Of a stretch of 64,000 nucleotides of DNA, positions 54,784 through 64,000 are shown piece by piece. The position numbers were made by a program, and so were the translations under genes. Where the stretch lies: contig JANQOQ010000006.1 of NCBI GenBank assembly GCA_028285755.1, forward strand, positions 966,160 through 1,030,159, written 5' to 3'. Origin of the DNA: Puniceicoccaceae bacterium (GTDB taxonomy: Bacteria > Verrucomicrobiota > Verrucomicrobiia > Opitutales > JAFGAQ01). A model generated the notes under the pieces. It made no database searches. It saw only the letters and a program-made list of their open reading frames with translations, and was not told the DNA's origin. Every line of letters begins with the position of its first letter. Position 1 is the stretch's first letter.

Positions 54784-55398
54784 TTAAACTCGATCTGCCA
54801 GAACACGCTCTACGGTTTCGACAATCGTCTGGGTTTGCCGGTCGATTTCAATGTTCAGGTTTGCGCCTACTTTTAAACCTGGAAAGTAAGTGATGCGAAG
54901 TGTCTCGGGAATAAGCCACACCTGAAAAGTTCCCGTTGTTCGATCCGCATTCACAACCGTGAGGCTACATCCATCAATCCCGATAAACCCTTTGCTGAAC
55001 ACATATTTCGCAAGCACTGCCGATACTTGCAGGTGCAGGACCACATTGTTCTCCGGTCTTTCGATCTCGATGAGTTTCGCCTGCCCGTCAATATGACCGG
55101 ATACCACGTGCCCCCCGATTTCATCACCAAACTTCACCGAACGCTCCACATTCACAAGCTGACCTACTTCAAGTTGCCCCAGGTTGGTAACGTTCAACGT
55201 CTCTTGTATGGCATCAAAGCGCACTCGATCTCCCTCAATTTCAACGACACTCAGGCATACCCCGTTGATACTCACACTTGCTCCTGGCAAGAGCCCTTCG
55301 ACACGCTCCTCATCCAACTGTATCCACAACGCGTGTAATCCGGTTTTCTTTTCAATTGCATGAACGGGGTAACTCCCCTGCACAATACCCGTAAACAT
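54784..55398 (-). CDS. ribE: Riboflavin synthase (alpha chain)
   Basis: 'MFTGIVQG' N-terminus and two lumazine-binding repeats ('GASVSINGVCLSV' and 'GFIGIDGCSLTV'). Confidence 0.95.
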   Translation of the reverse strand: MFTGIVQGSYPVHAIEKKTGLHALWIQLDEERVEGLLPGASVSINGVCLSVVEIEGDRVRFDAIQETLNVTNLGQLEVGQLVNVERSVKFGDEIGGHVVSGHIDGQAKLIEIERPENNVVLHLQVSAVLAKYVFSKGFIGIDGCSLTVVNADRTTGTFQVWLIPETLRITYFPGLKVGANLNIEIDRQTQTIVETVERVLADRV

Positions 55399-55403
55399 GG
55401 AAA

Positions 55404-55847
55404 TCAGTTCTGTTGCTTGATGATTTTTTCCATAATCTCCGTCATGTCCTCTACATTATCAAGTACACTGCGTAGCATGTAGATAGGCTTATCATGTTGG
55501 AGGGCCAGAGTTATGGAATCACTGGGCCGTGCGTCAATCTCTACGATCTTTTGCCCAAGCTCGTTCTCCATCGAGAGCACGATTCTTGCATAAAAGGTAC
55601 TGTCCGTCACATCATTGATCACGACATTTTTAATCTCGATATCAAAGCCCTTGAAAATGTAGCCGATTAAATCATGCGTCAGTGGGCGCTCTTTTTTGAC
55701 ACCCTCGCGTATCATGCGAATGGCATCGCCCGTCATCGAATCCACATATATGATGATCGTTTTTTCCTCGTTACCGATAAACAGGGCATAACCATTGGTA
55801 TGTTGCACCGGCACCTTTACAAAGACTTCAACGACCTCATCTTCCAT
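55404..55847 (-). CDS. Bifunctional nuclease family protein (DUF151/BFN)
   Basis: 147 aa. 'RPLTHDLI' and 'IDARPSDSITLAL' follow the BFN-domain pattern. Confidence 0.75.
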   Translation of the reverse strand: MEDEVVEVFVKVPVQHTNGYALFIGNEEKTIIIYVDSMTGDAIRMIREGVKKERPLTHDLIGYIFKGFDIEIKNVVINDVTDSTFYARIVLSMENELGQKIVEIDARPSDSITLALQHDKPIYMLRSVLDNVEDMTEIMEKIIKQQN

Positions 55848-55856
55848 AATAAACTA

Positions 55857-56127
55857 GAATCTATCTCAAATTCAATAAATGAACATGGTGCGAGCAAAAA
55901 AGCGAGCAGCGCAAGGCGGCTTGCCCCGTCGTGTGCGATTGCACATGAGGGCCAAGCCAACGCCGCGAACTTGCTTTTTTGCCGCATCCTACTGGGACAA
56001 AGCGCTTTACGGTTTTGAGCGCGTTCCCACAGGCAGCCAGGGTTAGAGCCCGGCACTGCCTGTGGCGCCGGCTCAAAAATCGTAAAATCATCTTTGCCAT
56101 GCTTATTTTGGATTTTGAGATAGGTTC
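55857..56127. other. 271-bp GC-rich, hairpin-rich element bounded by 14-bp terminal inverted repeats and flanked by TA/TA (MITE-like, or a structured ncRNA)
   Basis: IR-L GAATCTATCTCAAA (55857-55870) matches the reverse complement of IR-R TTTGAGATAGGTTC (56114-56127) at 13/14 positions. TA lies immediately outside each end. Two long internal hairpins are present (approx. 55888-55986 and 56013-56078). Confidence 0.4.
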
Positions 56128-56235
56128 TACCTAAGCAGGATTCCTGCTATTTCGCAATCCCGATTTAACACACGCCTTCACAAAGATTCACGCTTGTATA
56201 ATACTCGAATTCCAGGATACTAATCTATTGCGATC

Positions 56236-56805
56236 ATGAACCAATCACCCGAAATGACTCAGCACCCCCCTGTGATGCGGCCCAATTTATATTTGGTCGG
56301 TTTCATGGGTACGGGTAAAAGTGTCATCGGGCAAAAAGTCGCGCGTGAACTCGAGATGGATTTTATCGATTCGGATCAATACATCGAAAATAAGGAAGCT
56401 ATGAAAATCTCCGAGATGTTTGACCGTTTCGGCGAGCCCCACTTCCGCAAACTGGAGTCACTCTTTATTCATGAATGGCAACCCCGGCAGAATGCAGTCA
56501 TCGCCTGCGGTGGTGGCCTCATTACCAACGACGAACTTCTGCAAATCATCCTTAGCCAGGGCATAGCCATCACACTCTGGGCTTCCCTGGATACACTGGT
56601 TAACCGTCTTTCTGGAGATAAAAATAGGCCGTTGCTGGCAACGGAAGATCCCCGCAGGCGCATCCAAAAATTGATGGAAGATCGCACCGAAATTTATCAA
56701 AAGGTAGGGTTGGGTGTAAATACGGACAATCGATCCATCAGCGATATTGCCAATCACGTGAAACGCATTTACCTCGAAAAAATAACGGCCCTACCACAAA
56801 CGTAA
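56236..56805 (+). CDS. aroK: Shikimate kinase
   Basis: 'LYLVGFMGTGKSVIGQKVARELEMDFIDSD' (P-loop plus the DSD motif) and 'ACGGG'. Confidence 0.9.
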   Translation: MNQSPEMTQHPPVMRPNLYLVGFMGTGKSVIGQKVARELEMDFIDSDQYIENKEAMKISEMFDRFGEPHFRKLESLFIHEWQPRQNAVIACGGGLITNDELLQIILSQGIAITLWASLDTLVNRLSGDKNRPLLATEDPRRRIQKLMEDRTEIYQKVGLGVNTDNRSISDIANHVKRIYLEKITALPQT

Positions 56806-56817
56806 GCTATAGAATTT

Positions 56818-58161
56818 ATGTTAGAGACTTTAACTGAAAAAATGAATGGGGCCCTCAAGATGTTGAGGGGCAACTCCAAGTTGACCGAAGACAACATGGC
56901 TGAAGCGCTCAAGGAGGTGCGCAAGGCCCTACTATCCGCGGATGTCCATTTTAAGGTCGCCAAGGATTTTATCAATCAGGTTAAAGAGCAATGCGTCGGG
57001 CAGGAAGTCATCAATCAGGTCGCTCCGGGGCAGCAGGTTGTCAAAATCATTAACGACGAACTCACCAAACTGCTTGGTGAAGGCGAGACTGCTCTGATCG
57101 AGAAGAAGCCACTCCGCATCATGCTGGTAGGTCTGCAGGGTGCCGGTAAGACCACTGCATCGGCCAAACTCGCCGACCTGCTCAGATCCAGGGGCTACAC
57201 ACCGGGATTGATCGCCTGCGATGTCTACCGCCCCGCAGCAATCGACCAGCTCGAAACCCTGGCAACCCAAAACGATTTTGCCTTTTACGGAACCAAGGAC
57301 ACCCGGGACGTTATCAAAATCGCAAAAAAAGGTGATTCTGATCTCAGTAAATCCGGCTCCGATTTGATCATCTTCGATACCGCAGGTCGCTTACAAATCA
57401 ACACAGAGCTCATCGATGAGCTCAAAAAACTCAAAGCAACCGTAAAGCCGGACGAAATTCTGCTTGTTGCAGACAGCGCCATCGGACAGGAAGCCGTCAA
57501 CGTCGCAAGCTCCTTCAATGAGGAAGTCGGGCTCACGGGCATCATCCTTACCAAGATGGATGGTGACGCACGTGGGGGCGCAGCCCTGTCCATGAAAGCC
57601 ATTACCCAGCTCCCCATCAAGTTTATGGGAACCGGGGAGAAGGTCGATGACTTCGAAGTCTTTCACCCGGACCGTATCGCCTCCCGCATATTGGGCATGG
57701 GTGACGTCGTCTCACTTGTTGAAAAAGCACAGGAAACCATCGATGAAAAGGATGCAGAAGAGATGGCCGAAAAGATGCGGCGTGCGGATTTCAACTTTGA
57801 GGACATGCTCAAACAGTTTCGTCAGGTCAAAAAAATGGGCTCTCTGGGCTCCATTATGAATATGCTGCCCGGCATGAATAATATCGAAATCGGTGATGAT
57901 GAGAACAAGAAGATGGCACAAACGGAGGCGATCATCCTGTCGATGACCGTTAAAGAACGTCAAAATCCAACGATTATCAACGGGCGACGGCGCATGCGCA
58001 TCGCTAACGGAAGCGGTATGCAGGTGAAAGACGTGAACCAACTCATCAAGCAGCATGCACAAATGAAAAAGATGATGAAGAAACTGCGAGGCGGGAAAGG
58101 CCGCGAGATGATGAAGCAAATGGGCGCTATGGGAGGTGGCATGCCGCCCGGCATGCGTTGA
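56818..58161 (+). CDS. ffh: Signal recognition particle protein Ffh
   Basis: N/G domain '[11 protein letters not shown]', 'DTAGR' and '[10 protein letters not shown]'. The M domain is Met-rich ('[13 protein letters not shown]...[12 protein letters not shown]'). Confidence 0.97.
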   Translation: MLETLTEKMNGALKMLRGNSKLTEDNMAEALKEVRKALLSADVHFKVAKDFINQVKEQCVGQEVINQVAPGQQVVKIINDELTKLLGEGETALIEKKPLRIMLVGLQGAGKTTASAKLADLLRSRGYTPGLIACDVYRPAAIDQLETLATQNDFAFYGTKDTRDVIKIAKKGDSDLSKSGSDLIIFDTAGRLQINTELIDELKKLKATVKPDEILLVADSAIGQEAVNVASSFNEEVGLTGIILTKMDGDARGGAALSMKAITQLPIKFMGTGEKVDDFEVFHPDRIASRILGMGDVVSLVEKAQETIDEKDAEEMAEKMRRADFNFEDMLKQFRQVKKMGSLGSIMNMLPGMNNIEIGDDENKKMAQTEAIILSMTVKERQNPTIINGRRRMRIANGSGMQVKDVNQLIKQHAQMKKMMKKLRGGKGREMMKQMGAMGGGMPPGMR

Positions 58162-59055
58162 TTAACCCTGCTGATCCTTGCGGATGATGCGGTATTCCGC
58201 ACCGCGGTTATCTTCGAATATCAATTCGCTTGCCGTGATTGCCGCAAAGCGAACGTCCGGCGCATTGTTCAAAGCCTCACCCAAGCCATATAGCAGATAA
58301 TAATCCACTAGTATCTTCGAATTTTCACCATCATCACGTATTCCCACGATATTCAGACTATTGAGCATACGCATTGTATTATCATCGCGGGGCACTCCAC
58401 GCTGAGTTGAAACAGGTTCCGGGTCATTTGCTGGAGGGGCCATTTCCTGTATAACCGGGTCTGCATCAACGATTTCCTGAGATGTTGCCGGTTCTTCATT
58501 CTGCCTATCGTCATCACCCCGATACGCAAGAAACCCTTCTATAGCTACCACCAACTTATTACCCTCAGCATCAATGGCCTGCTGATCGCCCCAAAACTGG
58601 AGATATACTCCAAACTCATCATTGACGATTTGCTCATTGATTCTCGCCTGAAATCCATCATTCACGAGGCTTAAATCCCGCAGCCATACCAACGTTTCGT
58701 TTACATACTCCCCTCTCAACGCATACAGAGGATCGGCAGCGCCGGGGCTGTCTGCTACATAGGTAAAGGGCACACTATCTACCAATAAAATACGATTGTG
58801 GAAAGTCTTTTGGTTGTCACCAAAATCATAAACCACCTTGCCGCGCAGCTCATCACCCGCCCACCAATACTCGCGGCTCACTTTAAAGTCATTCAGCAGC
58901 TCATCCTGTTCCGAAAAGATTTTGTACTCACCTTCCCACAAACCCACATAAAGCCCGAAAATAGACGAAAACTCTTCATCCGTCATCTGTTGGGCATTGG
59001 CAATAAATGAGCTGATTCCGAAAATACTAACTACGTAAACGAGCAAAGATCTCAT
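58162..59055 (-). CDS. Secreted hypothetical protein
   Basis: I prefer the start at 59055 (MRSLLVYVVSIFGISSFIANA, a signal peptide), which avoids overlap with trpF. No family recognised. There is an acidic/Pro-rich linker in the middle. Confidence 0.55.
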   Translation of the reverse strand: MRSLLVYVVSIFGISSFIANAQQMTDEEFSSIFGLYVGLWEGEYKIFSEQDELLNDFKVSREYWWAGDELRGKVVYDFGDNQKTFHNRILLVDSVPFTYVADSPGAADPLYALRGEYVNETLVWLRDLSLVNDGFQARINEQIVNDEFGVYLQFWGDQQAIDAEGNKLVVAIEGFLAYRGDDDRQNEEPATSQEIVDADPVIQEMAPPANDPEPVSTQRGVPRDDNTMRMLNSLNIVGIRDDGENSKILVDYYLLYGLGEALNNAPDVRFAAITASELIFEDNRGAEYRIIRKDQQG

Positions 59056-59095
59056 CTTAATCCAATATTGATATAAATCTTTGATTGGAGACAAG

Positions 59096-59734
59096 TTAAA
59101 TAGATTCAATTAACTTTTGAATACGTGCAGAATCTTTAATCCCCGGACTAGTCTCCACACCGCTGTTGAAATCGTAGATGTCTGCCATGGTCGCGCGGAT
59201 GGCATCTGCAGCGTTCTCCGGTTTGAGTCCCCCTGCCAATATGAACGGCATCCCAGGGTGCTGCTCCTTGATTTGCCGGAACCGGCTCCAATCCCCGGTT
59301 TTACCCGTGCCCCCCTCAAGATGAGGTGAATAGGTATCGAGCAGTATCTTATCGGCATATTGCAAAATTTGATCCGGAAAATCCGCATCTGCAGGTAATT
59401 TCGGCGCGAGCCACAGCTCCCTACCAGTGAGTTGTTCACGTATTGCCGGCAACTTTTCCATATACCCGGAATCCAGTTTGAAATGAATTTGAAATATCTG
59501 GAAGCCAATATCCACGAGCGCACCCAGCTCCTCCGATTCCGGCTCGACCAGTACCGCCACGCGCTGATGAGCGGGTATCAAGCCGCTCAGTGTTTCAAAT
59601 TTCCCATCCGGCACATAGCGGGGGGAAGGTCTGTAGCGGTTCAGCCCAATATACTCGACCCCCGATTCCAGCGCAAAGCGCAGATCCTCCTCCCGGGTAA
59701 TTCCGCAAATTTTAATTTTAGGCCGATGGCTCAT
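59096..59734 (-). CDS. trpF: Phosphoribosylanthranilate isomerase
   Basis: 'KIKICGIT' N-terminus, 'GGTGKTGDW' and 'ILAGGLKPENA' are TrpF motifs. Confidence 0.9.
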   Translation of the reverse strand: MSHRPKIKICGITREEDLRFALESGVEYIGLNRYRPSPRYVPDGKFETLSGLIPAHQRVAVLVEPESEELGALVDIGFQIFQIHFKLDSGYMEKLPAIREQLTGRELWLAPKLPADADFPDQILQYADKILLDTYSPHLEGGTGKTGDWSRFRQIKEQHPGMPFILAGGLKPENAADAIRATMADIYDFNSGVETSPGIKDSARIQKLIESI

Positions 59735-59749
59735 ACAGGGAAATATGCG

Positions 59750-60535
59750 TCAATCCCCACACAAATCAACCATAGCCTGCACGACATCCTCCGGCTTGGG
59801 GCTAACGGCTTCCCCATCTACAGGCAACTTGAGCTTACGCATGGCCGCAGAAGTGACCGGGCCGATGCTCAAGGTCTTCGGGGTCTGTGCATTTGGCTTC
59901 AGCTTTAAATCCTTGGCTTGTGCCAAAAACGACTCAGCCGCTGAGGGGCTTGCAAACATCACGATATCCGCACCCTTCTCCCGAAAGTCAGTCGCCACAG
60001 GATTCCCGGCTAAATCTGTGGGTTTCGATTCATAGACTATAAAGGTATCCACGATCGCCTCGCCCTCCCCTTCCAGTGCTTCGATGGCCTGTTTATTAAT
60101 TTTCGATCCGGTCACGTACAATACATAGCCACTCGCGAGGCTGCCGGTTTCAACAAGCGCATCGATCATATCCGCGGCGGTATGCTTCTCGGGCACCAGA
60201 TCCACTTCGAGAAAATACTTACCCACTTCCTGGGCAGTTTGGTTACCCACACAAGCAATACGCGCAGGGCCGAATGCTCTTATATCCGAAAATGCATTGA
60301 AAAACGCCTCAAAGAAATAGTGCACCCCGTTTACGCTGCTGAAAACAATCCAATCATAAGTGGCGATTCCCTTAAAAAATTCGAGCGAATCCTCTTTATT
60401 ATAAGCCGCACTGACTTCAATTAGTGGAATATTCAGCACTGCCGCATCTTCAGCTTCTATACTTCCTCTAAGCTTGTCATCCTCGCGGGCCGATTTGGTA
60501 ATAACCACCCGCTTGCCTTTTAAAATGCTGCTCAC
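59750..60535 (-). CDS. hemD: Uroporphyrinogen-III synthase
   Basis: 261 aa with the HEM4 two-lobe pattern ('YDWIVFSSVNGVHYFF', and later 'ADIVMFASPSAAESF'). Confidence 0.75.
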   Translation of the reverse strand: MSSILKGKRVVITKSAREDDKLRGSIEAEDAAVLNIPLIEVSAAYNKEDSLEFFKGIATYDWIVFSSVNGVHYFFEAFFNAFSDIRAFGPARIACVGNQTAQEVGKYFLEVDLVPEKHTAADMIDALVETGSLASGYVLYVTGSKINKQAIEALEGEGEAIVDTFIVYESKPTDLAGNPVATDFREKGADIVMFASPSAAESFLAQAKDLKLKPNAQTPKTLSIGPVTSAAMRKLKLPVDGEAVSPKPEDVVQAMVDLCGD

Positions 60536-60907
60536 TTAGATATGCTTGGAATCATCCTCATCTTTCACTGCGTAGCCGCTATCCTGGCGCTGCATATTGA
60601 CCTGGTTTTTCTTCACGTAGGCCTGGTATATATCATCGGCACTGAGTCCCAACACCTGGGCAGCCGATACTAAAAAGTGAAACATATCCACTACCTCCAC
60701 CTTCGCATTCTGCGAATCAAATTCCTGATACTTTGCCCACCACTTCCAGGGCACCGAGTCGACTAACTCCGCAAGTTCCTGCTGCATCGCACGCACGTAA
60801 TTGAGCGTCCATTTTATCTGTCCTTCTTCATCCAGATTATCCAGATCAACGCCGATACGTTCGTTGAGAGTCTTTTGTAGTTGAAAAATTTCGTCTAATT
60901 TATCCAT
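60536..60907 (-). CDS. Dimeric-dUTPase/MazG-like all-alpha nucleotide pyrophosphohydrolase
   Basis: 123 aa. 'AMQQELAELVDSVPWKWW' and 'VEVVDMFHFLVS' fit the dimeric dUTPase (type 2) pattern. Confidence 0.65.
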   Translation of the reverse strand: MDKLDEIFQLQKTLNERIGVDLDNLDEEGQIKWTLNYVRAMQQELAELVDSVPWKWWAKYQEFDSQNAKVEVVDMFHFLVSAAQVLGLSADDIYQAYVKKNQVNMQRQDSGYAVKDEDDSKHI

Positions 60908-61122
60908 AATTCACAAGCTATCCTATATTGGAAGCAGTCACAGAGTTCAAGTACTGTAGATTTCAAAAACCGGATAATGAATATCCGCCTAATATGGATT
61001 CGTTAGGACTAGAAATGATGTGGAGCAAACACAAAATCATCCTCACAGCATTGAATCCCGAAATCCAGGCTTAGAACCTACACTAAATACAGATAAAGAC
61101 ATAATTAAACCCAAGAAAATCC

Positions 61123-62133
61123 ATGCCAAAATTTGACGAGGATAATTCTCAAACACCAAAAAACAATAAGGACTACCATTACCAACCCAGCAAAAATCGC
61201 AATCGTAAGCACTCAAACGCCTCTGGAAACCGATCACGCCGTAAATCGGATGAGGAAGGTAGCAGCGTTTGGGTAGAAGCGGCAACCAGCACCCCGGACG
61301 AGAAAAGTGCTGTATGGAAACAGGCCGAACAAAATCGACCGAACAAAGGACCGCGAACTAAGCGACGACGCAGGCGCAGATATCAAAAACGCAAAGAAAC
61401 ATTTTGGGATAAATTCCTGAAATTGTTTGGTGTCAAGCCCAAGAAAAAGCATAGGAATCGCCGTCAGAAGCAAGGGCATAAGGGGCAAAACCGAAATAAC
61501 CCAAATCAAAGAAATAAAGACCGTCCTCAAGGCCAGGGCAAAGACTTTAACCATAAGCAAAAGCAAGGGGGTCGTCAGCAAAACCAAAACCGACAGCGAT
61601 CCGACAAACCACGCGATAATCGCGGCCCGCGTAATCAAGGAGAACAGCGCCAGGGTAAACCACGCGGAGAAAGACAACAAGGTGACAGGCAGCAGGGTGA
61701 ACGCCCGCAAGCGCAGGAGAACCGCACGCATCGTAAACCAAGGCCTGAAGGCCAGGATCAAAACCGCAAGCGCAGGGAACGAGCCACTGAAGCGAAGGTT
61801 CAGCCTGCACAATCCGCTATCGTTGAAGCCGAAGCTCCCTCTGAAAAGCCCGAAAAGGTAGAAAACGATACCAAGCGTATCCCGCGTAAACCCCGGGGAG
61901 AGATCATCGAAAGCACTCCAATGGAAATTAAGCTGGATAGTGCGCCTGAAGAAACGCCCAAGAGCGAGCCCAAACCGGCAGCCAGCGGTCGTGGCGGTAG
62001 GCGCAACCGTGGAGGTCGCAGAGGCACTGCCGCAGCTGAAACCTCTGCCGAAAGTAAGCCGGGAGTATTTACACCAGCACCCATAAATATCAGCAATACT
62101 GAGGAAAAACCTGCAGAACCTTCCAAAGAATAG
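61123..62133 (+). CDS. Highly basic low-complexity (K/R/Q/N/G-rich, RGG-containing) protein
   Basis: A 336-aa ORF on a purine-rich strand, ending 12 nt before murA. Contains runs such as 'TKRRRRRRYQKRK' and 'RGGRRNRGGRRG'. No family recognised. Confidence 0.6.
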   Translation: MPKFDEDNSQTPKNNKDYHYQPSKNRNRKHSNASGNRSRRKSDEEGSSVWVEAATSTPDEKSAVWKQAEQNRPNKGPRTKRRRRRRYQKRKETFWDKFLKLFGVKPKKKHRNRRQKQGHKGQNRNNPNQRNKDRPQGQGKDFNHKQKQGGRQQNQNRQRSDKPRDNRGPRNQGEQRQGKPRGERQQGDRQQGERPQAQENRTHRKPRPEGQDQNRKRRERATEAKVQPAQSAIVEAEAPSEKPEKVENDTKRIPRKPRGEIIESTPMEIKLDSAPEETPKSEPKPAASGRGGRRNRGGRRGTAAAETSAESKPGVFTPAPINISNTEEKPAEPSKE

Positions 62134-62145
62134 TCTGTATAGCGC

Positions 62146-63444
62146 ATGAAAGTTTTCAGAATTGAAGGCGGACAGGTACTCAACGGTACGCTTGAGGTTT
62201 CCGGTGCCAAAAATGCAGCATTGCCTATTTTTGCCGCCTGCATCCTCACGGATGAGCCTTGTATCATCGAAAATGTCCCGGATTTAAGCGATATCCGCTT
62301 TATGGCGGAGATACTGGAAACCCTGGGGGCTACTGTAGAGCGTATCGATACAAACACCTGGAAGATACATGCAAAAAAAATCACCAGTGTTGCTCCCTAT
62401 GAGCTCGTCCGGCAGATGCGGGCTTCAATATGTCTGCTCGGGCCTTTGGTAAGCCGCCTGGGGAAAGCCCAGGTATCTTTTCCCGGGGGTTGTGTAATTG
62501 GCCCACGCCCCATAGATCTCCACATCAAAGGCTTAAAAAAGCTCAATTGCGACGTGCAGATCGATCAAGGCTTCGTAAATGTGGATGGATCGAACATGAA
62601 GGGGGATGAAATTTACCTGGGTGGCCGTATGGGCAGCACCGTTACCGGCACAGCCAATATGGTCATGGCAGCTACCCTCGCACCCGGAATCACATACATT
62701 GAGAGTGCAGCGGCAGAGCCTGAGATCGCAGACCTTTGCGATATGCTTAATAAAATGGGCGCTAAAATATCGGGGGGTGGGAGCCACCGTATAACGATAG
62801 AGGGCGTCAAAAAACTTAAGGGAACCACCCATAGCATCATACCCGACCGTATCGAAGCAGGCACCTTCCTGGTAGGAGCTGCAATTACCGGAGGAAATGT
62901 TACCATTAACGGGTTACCCAGCTCCTACATACGGGCACTCCTGGATCGGTTGGATGAAGCTGGGGCAGATGTTCAGCTGGGCAAACAGAGTATCCGCATA
63001 TGCACCGATCCTGGAAAACTGCGTTCTGTGGATATCATAACCCTGCCCTACCCTGGATTTCCTACAGATTTACAGGCACAGATGTGCGCCCTCATGTCTG
63101 TTGTTGACGGCTTGAGCATCATTACAGAGCGCATTTACCCGAACCGCTTTATGCATATACCGGAGCTCCAGCGTATGGGTGCGGATATCGCGATTGAAGG
63201 TTCCAGTGCAATCATTAAAGGTACTCAACAGCTATCAGGTGCACCCATCATGGCCTCGGATCTACGAGCGAGTGCTGCCCTACTATTGGCTGCGATCGCA
63301 GCAAAAGGCGAATCCTGGATCCAGCGAATTTATCATATTGATCGTGGCTATGAAAATATTGACCAGAAAATGCAGGCACTCGGCGTAACTATTGAGCGCT
63401 TGCAAGATAGTGAAATGCCCACTTCTATGAAAAACATCGCATAG
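62146..63444 (+). CDS. murA: UDP-N-acetylglucosamine 1-carboxyvinyltransferase
   Basis: '[11 protein letters not shown]', '[13 protein letters not shown]' and '[14 protein letters not shown]' are MurA motifs. Confidence 0.97.
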   Translation: MKVFRIEGGQVLNGTLEVSGAKNAALPIFAACILTDEPCIIENVPDLSDIRFMAEILETLGATVERIDTNTWKIHAKKITSVAPYELVRQMRASICLLGPLVSRLGKAQVSFPGGCVIGPRPIDLHIKGLKKLNCDVQIDQGFVNVDGSNMKGDEIYLGGRMGSTVTGTANMVMAATLAPGITYIESAAAEPEIADLCDMLNKMGAKISGGGSHRITIEGVKKLKGTTHSIIPDRIEAGTFLVGAAITGGNVTINGLPSSYIRALLDRLDEAGADVQLGKQSIRICTDPGKLRSVDIITLPYPGFPTDLQAQMCALMSVVDGLSIITERIYPNRFMHIPELQRMGADIAIEGSSAIIKGTQQLSGAPIMASDLRASAALLLAAIAAKGESWIQRIYHIDRGYENIDQKMQALGVTIERLQDSEMPTSMKNIA

Positions 63445-63455
63445 CCCAGCCCCGC

Positions 63456-64000
63456 ATGCAGGACTCCCATTCATTTGACCCCATCGCCGCCAGAGATGCC
63501 GAGCAAAGCTTGAATCCCAACCTGGAAAACAAGCTCAGACCCCTCCGGTTTAACGATTTCACAGGTCAGGAAAAAACCGTGGAGCGATTGCAAATCATGG
63601 TCGGTGCCACCAGGGCACGGGATGATATCCTGAGTCATATCCTACTCAGTGGGCCGCCCGGGCTTGGTAAAACCACCCTGGCCTCTATCATCGCAAATGA
63701 ACTTGAAAAGAACATACGGATCACCTCAGGGCCCGTTCTCGAGAAACCCAGCGATCTCGCCGGCATCCTTACCAACCTGGAACGCGGTGACATCCTCTTT
63801 ATTGACGAAATTCACCGCATTTCGAAAGTGGTAGAGGAGTATCTTTATTCCGCCATGGAGGACTTTGTAATCGATATTCTGATCGACCAGGGACCCAATG
63901 CACGTAGCATCCGCCTGGAAATTCCGCGATTTACACTCATCGGTGCCACCACACGGGTCGGCTCGCTGACCGCACCTCTAAGGAGCCGTTTCACCCTGCA
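63456..64000 (+). CDS. ruvB: Holliday junction branch migration DNA helicase RuvB (N-terminal part; runs off window)
   Basis: Not in the ORF track because it is open-ended. My translation from the ATG at 63456 gives '[14 protein letters not shown]', '[14 protein letters not shown]' (Walker A), 'ILFIDEIHR' (Walker B) and 'TLIGATTR'. Confidence 0.95.
   Translation, partial: MQDSHSFDPIAARDAEQSLNPNLENKLRPLRFNDFTGQEKTVERLQIMVGATRARDDILSHILLSGPPGLGKTTLASIIANELEKNIRITSGPVLEKPSDLAGILTNLERGDILFIDEIHRISKVVEEYLYSAMEDFVIDILIDQGPNARSIRLEIPRFTLIGATTRVGSLTAPLRSRFTL

Noticed and set aside
55888-56078. Possibility that the hairpin-rich element is the SRP (4.5S) RNA, given ffh 700 bp downstream, or a 6S RNA
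   Set aside because: Neither hairpin, on either strand, shows the conserved SRP domain-IV features (GNAR tetraloop with a flanking AGCA/GGAA-type symmetric loop). The apical loops are GATT and TTAGAG. The two-hairpin layout also does not match the single long 6S hairpin with a central bubble. This cannot be fully excluded without a covariance-model search.
55674-56100. Three ORFs (114, 79 and 79 aa) running through the aroK-upstream region
   Set aside because: They exist only because the GC-rich inverted-repeat element lacks stop codons. Their sequences are Ala/Arg/Cys-rich and mutually overlapping. I interpret the DNA as a structured or mobile element instead.
61234-62384. Two minus-strand ORFs (61234-61812 and 61800-62384, 192 and 194 aa)
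   Set aside because: They are shadows of the purine-rich basic-protein gene and the murA 5' end. Their pyrimidine-rich codons give Leu/Phe/Ser-rich pseudo-membrane sequence. murA on the plus strand is certain, and the plus-strand basic ORF is longer and well positioned relative to murA.
1-64000. Search for CRISPR arrays, tRNA/rRNA genes, transposases, integrases and known defence-system hallmarks
   Set aside because: No regularly spaced direct repeats, no tRNA-like T-arm (GGTTCGAATCC-type) sequences in intergenic regions, no rRNA, and no recombinase- or transposase-like ORFs were seen. Apart from the flagellin-glycosylation genes, the small TA-like pair and the MITE-like element, the window reads as conserved core genome.

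Overview
This 64-kb window looks like core chromosome from a flagellated Gram-negative bacterium. Gene content (a Tat-signal Gfo/Idh/MocA oxidoreductase, an SHD1-domain protein, long-type PurF, eukaryote-type IDH) suggests the PVC group, possibly Verrucomicrobiota; this is inference with low confidence. Coding density is high and most genes are housekeeping.

Gene content in order:
- A minus-strand flagellar operon, flgB-flgC-fliE-fliF-fliG-fliH-fliI (1-5535).
- A divergent sensor kinase and REC/HD-GYP response regulator pair.
- A SipW-type peptidase, and an ECF sigma factor with a secreted partner protein.
- pxpABC (5-oxoprolinase).
- A four-gene membrane operon built around a ferric-reductase/Rieske fusion.
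- A phosphohexomutase, icd, and a six-gene purine operon, purL-M-Q(S)-C-F-D.
- A small KAS/ACP/FAD-oxidoreductase/PAP2 lipid locus.
- A flagellin plus flagellin-glycosylation island, with a FlmG-like TPR-GT41 and a DegT aminotransferase.
- recN, obg, a fused membrane/spermidine-synthase-like protein, cysQ-like, sufT-like, ribE, aroK, ffh, trpF, hemD, murA and ruvB (partial).

I saw no rRNA, tRNA, CRISPR array, transposase or integrase.

I cannot demonstrate a defined new system from sequence alone. The best candidates for undescribed biology are:
- the four-gene heme-b/Rieske membrane operon (13876-16508);
- the 271-bp TA-flanked, inverted-repeat-bounded, hairpin-rich GC-rich element (55857-56127);
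- the response regulator with a catalytically degenerate HD-GYP domain beside the flagellar operon;
- the orphan KAS-ACP lipid module;
- a 336-aa extremely basic low-complexity protein upstream of murA.

All family assignments come from motif recognition by eye. No database search was run.
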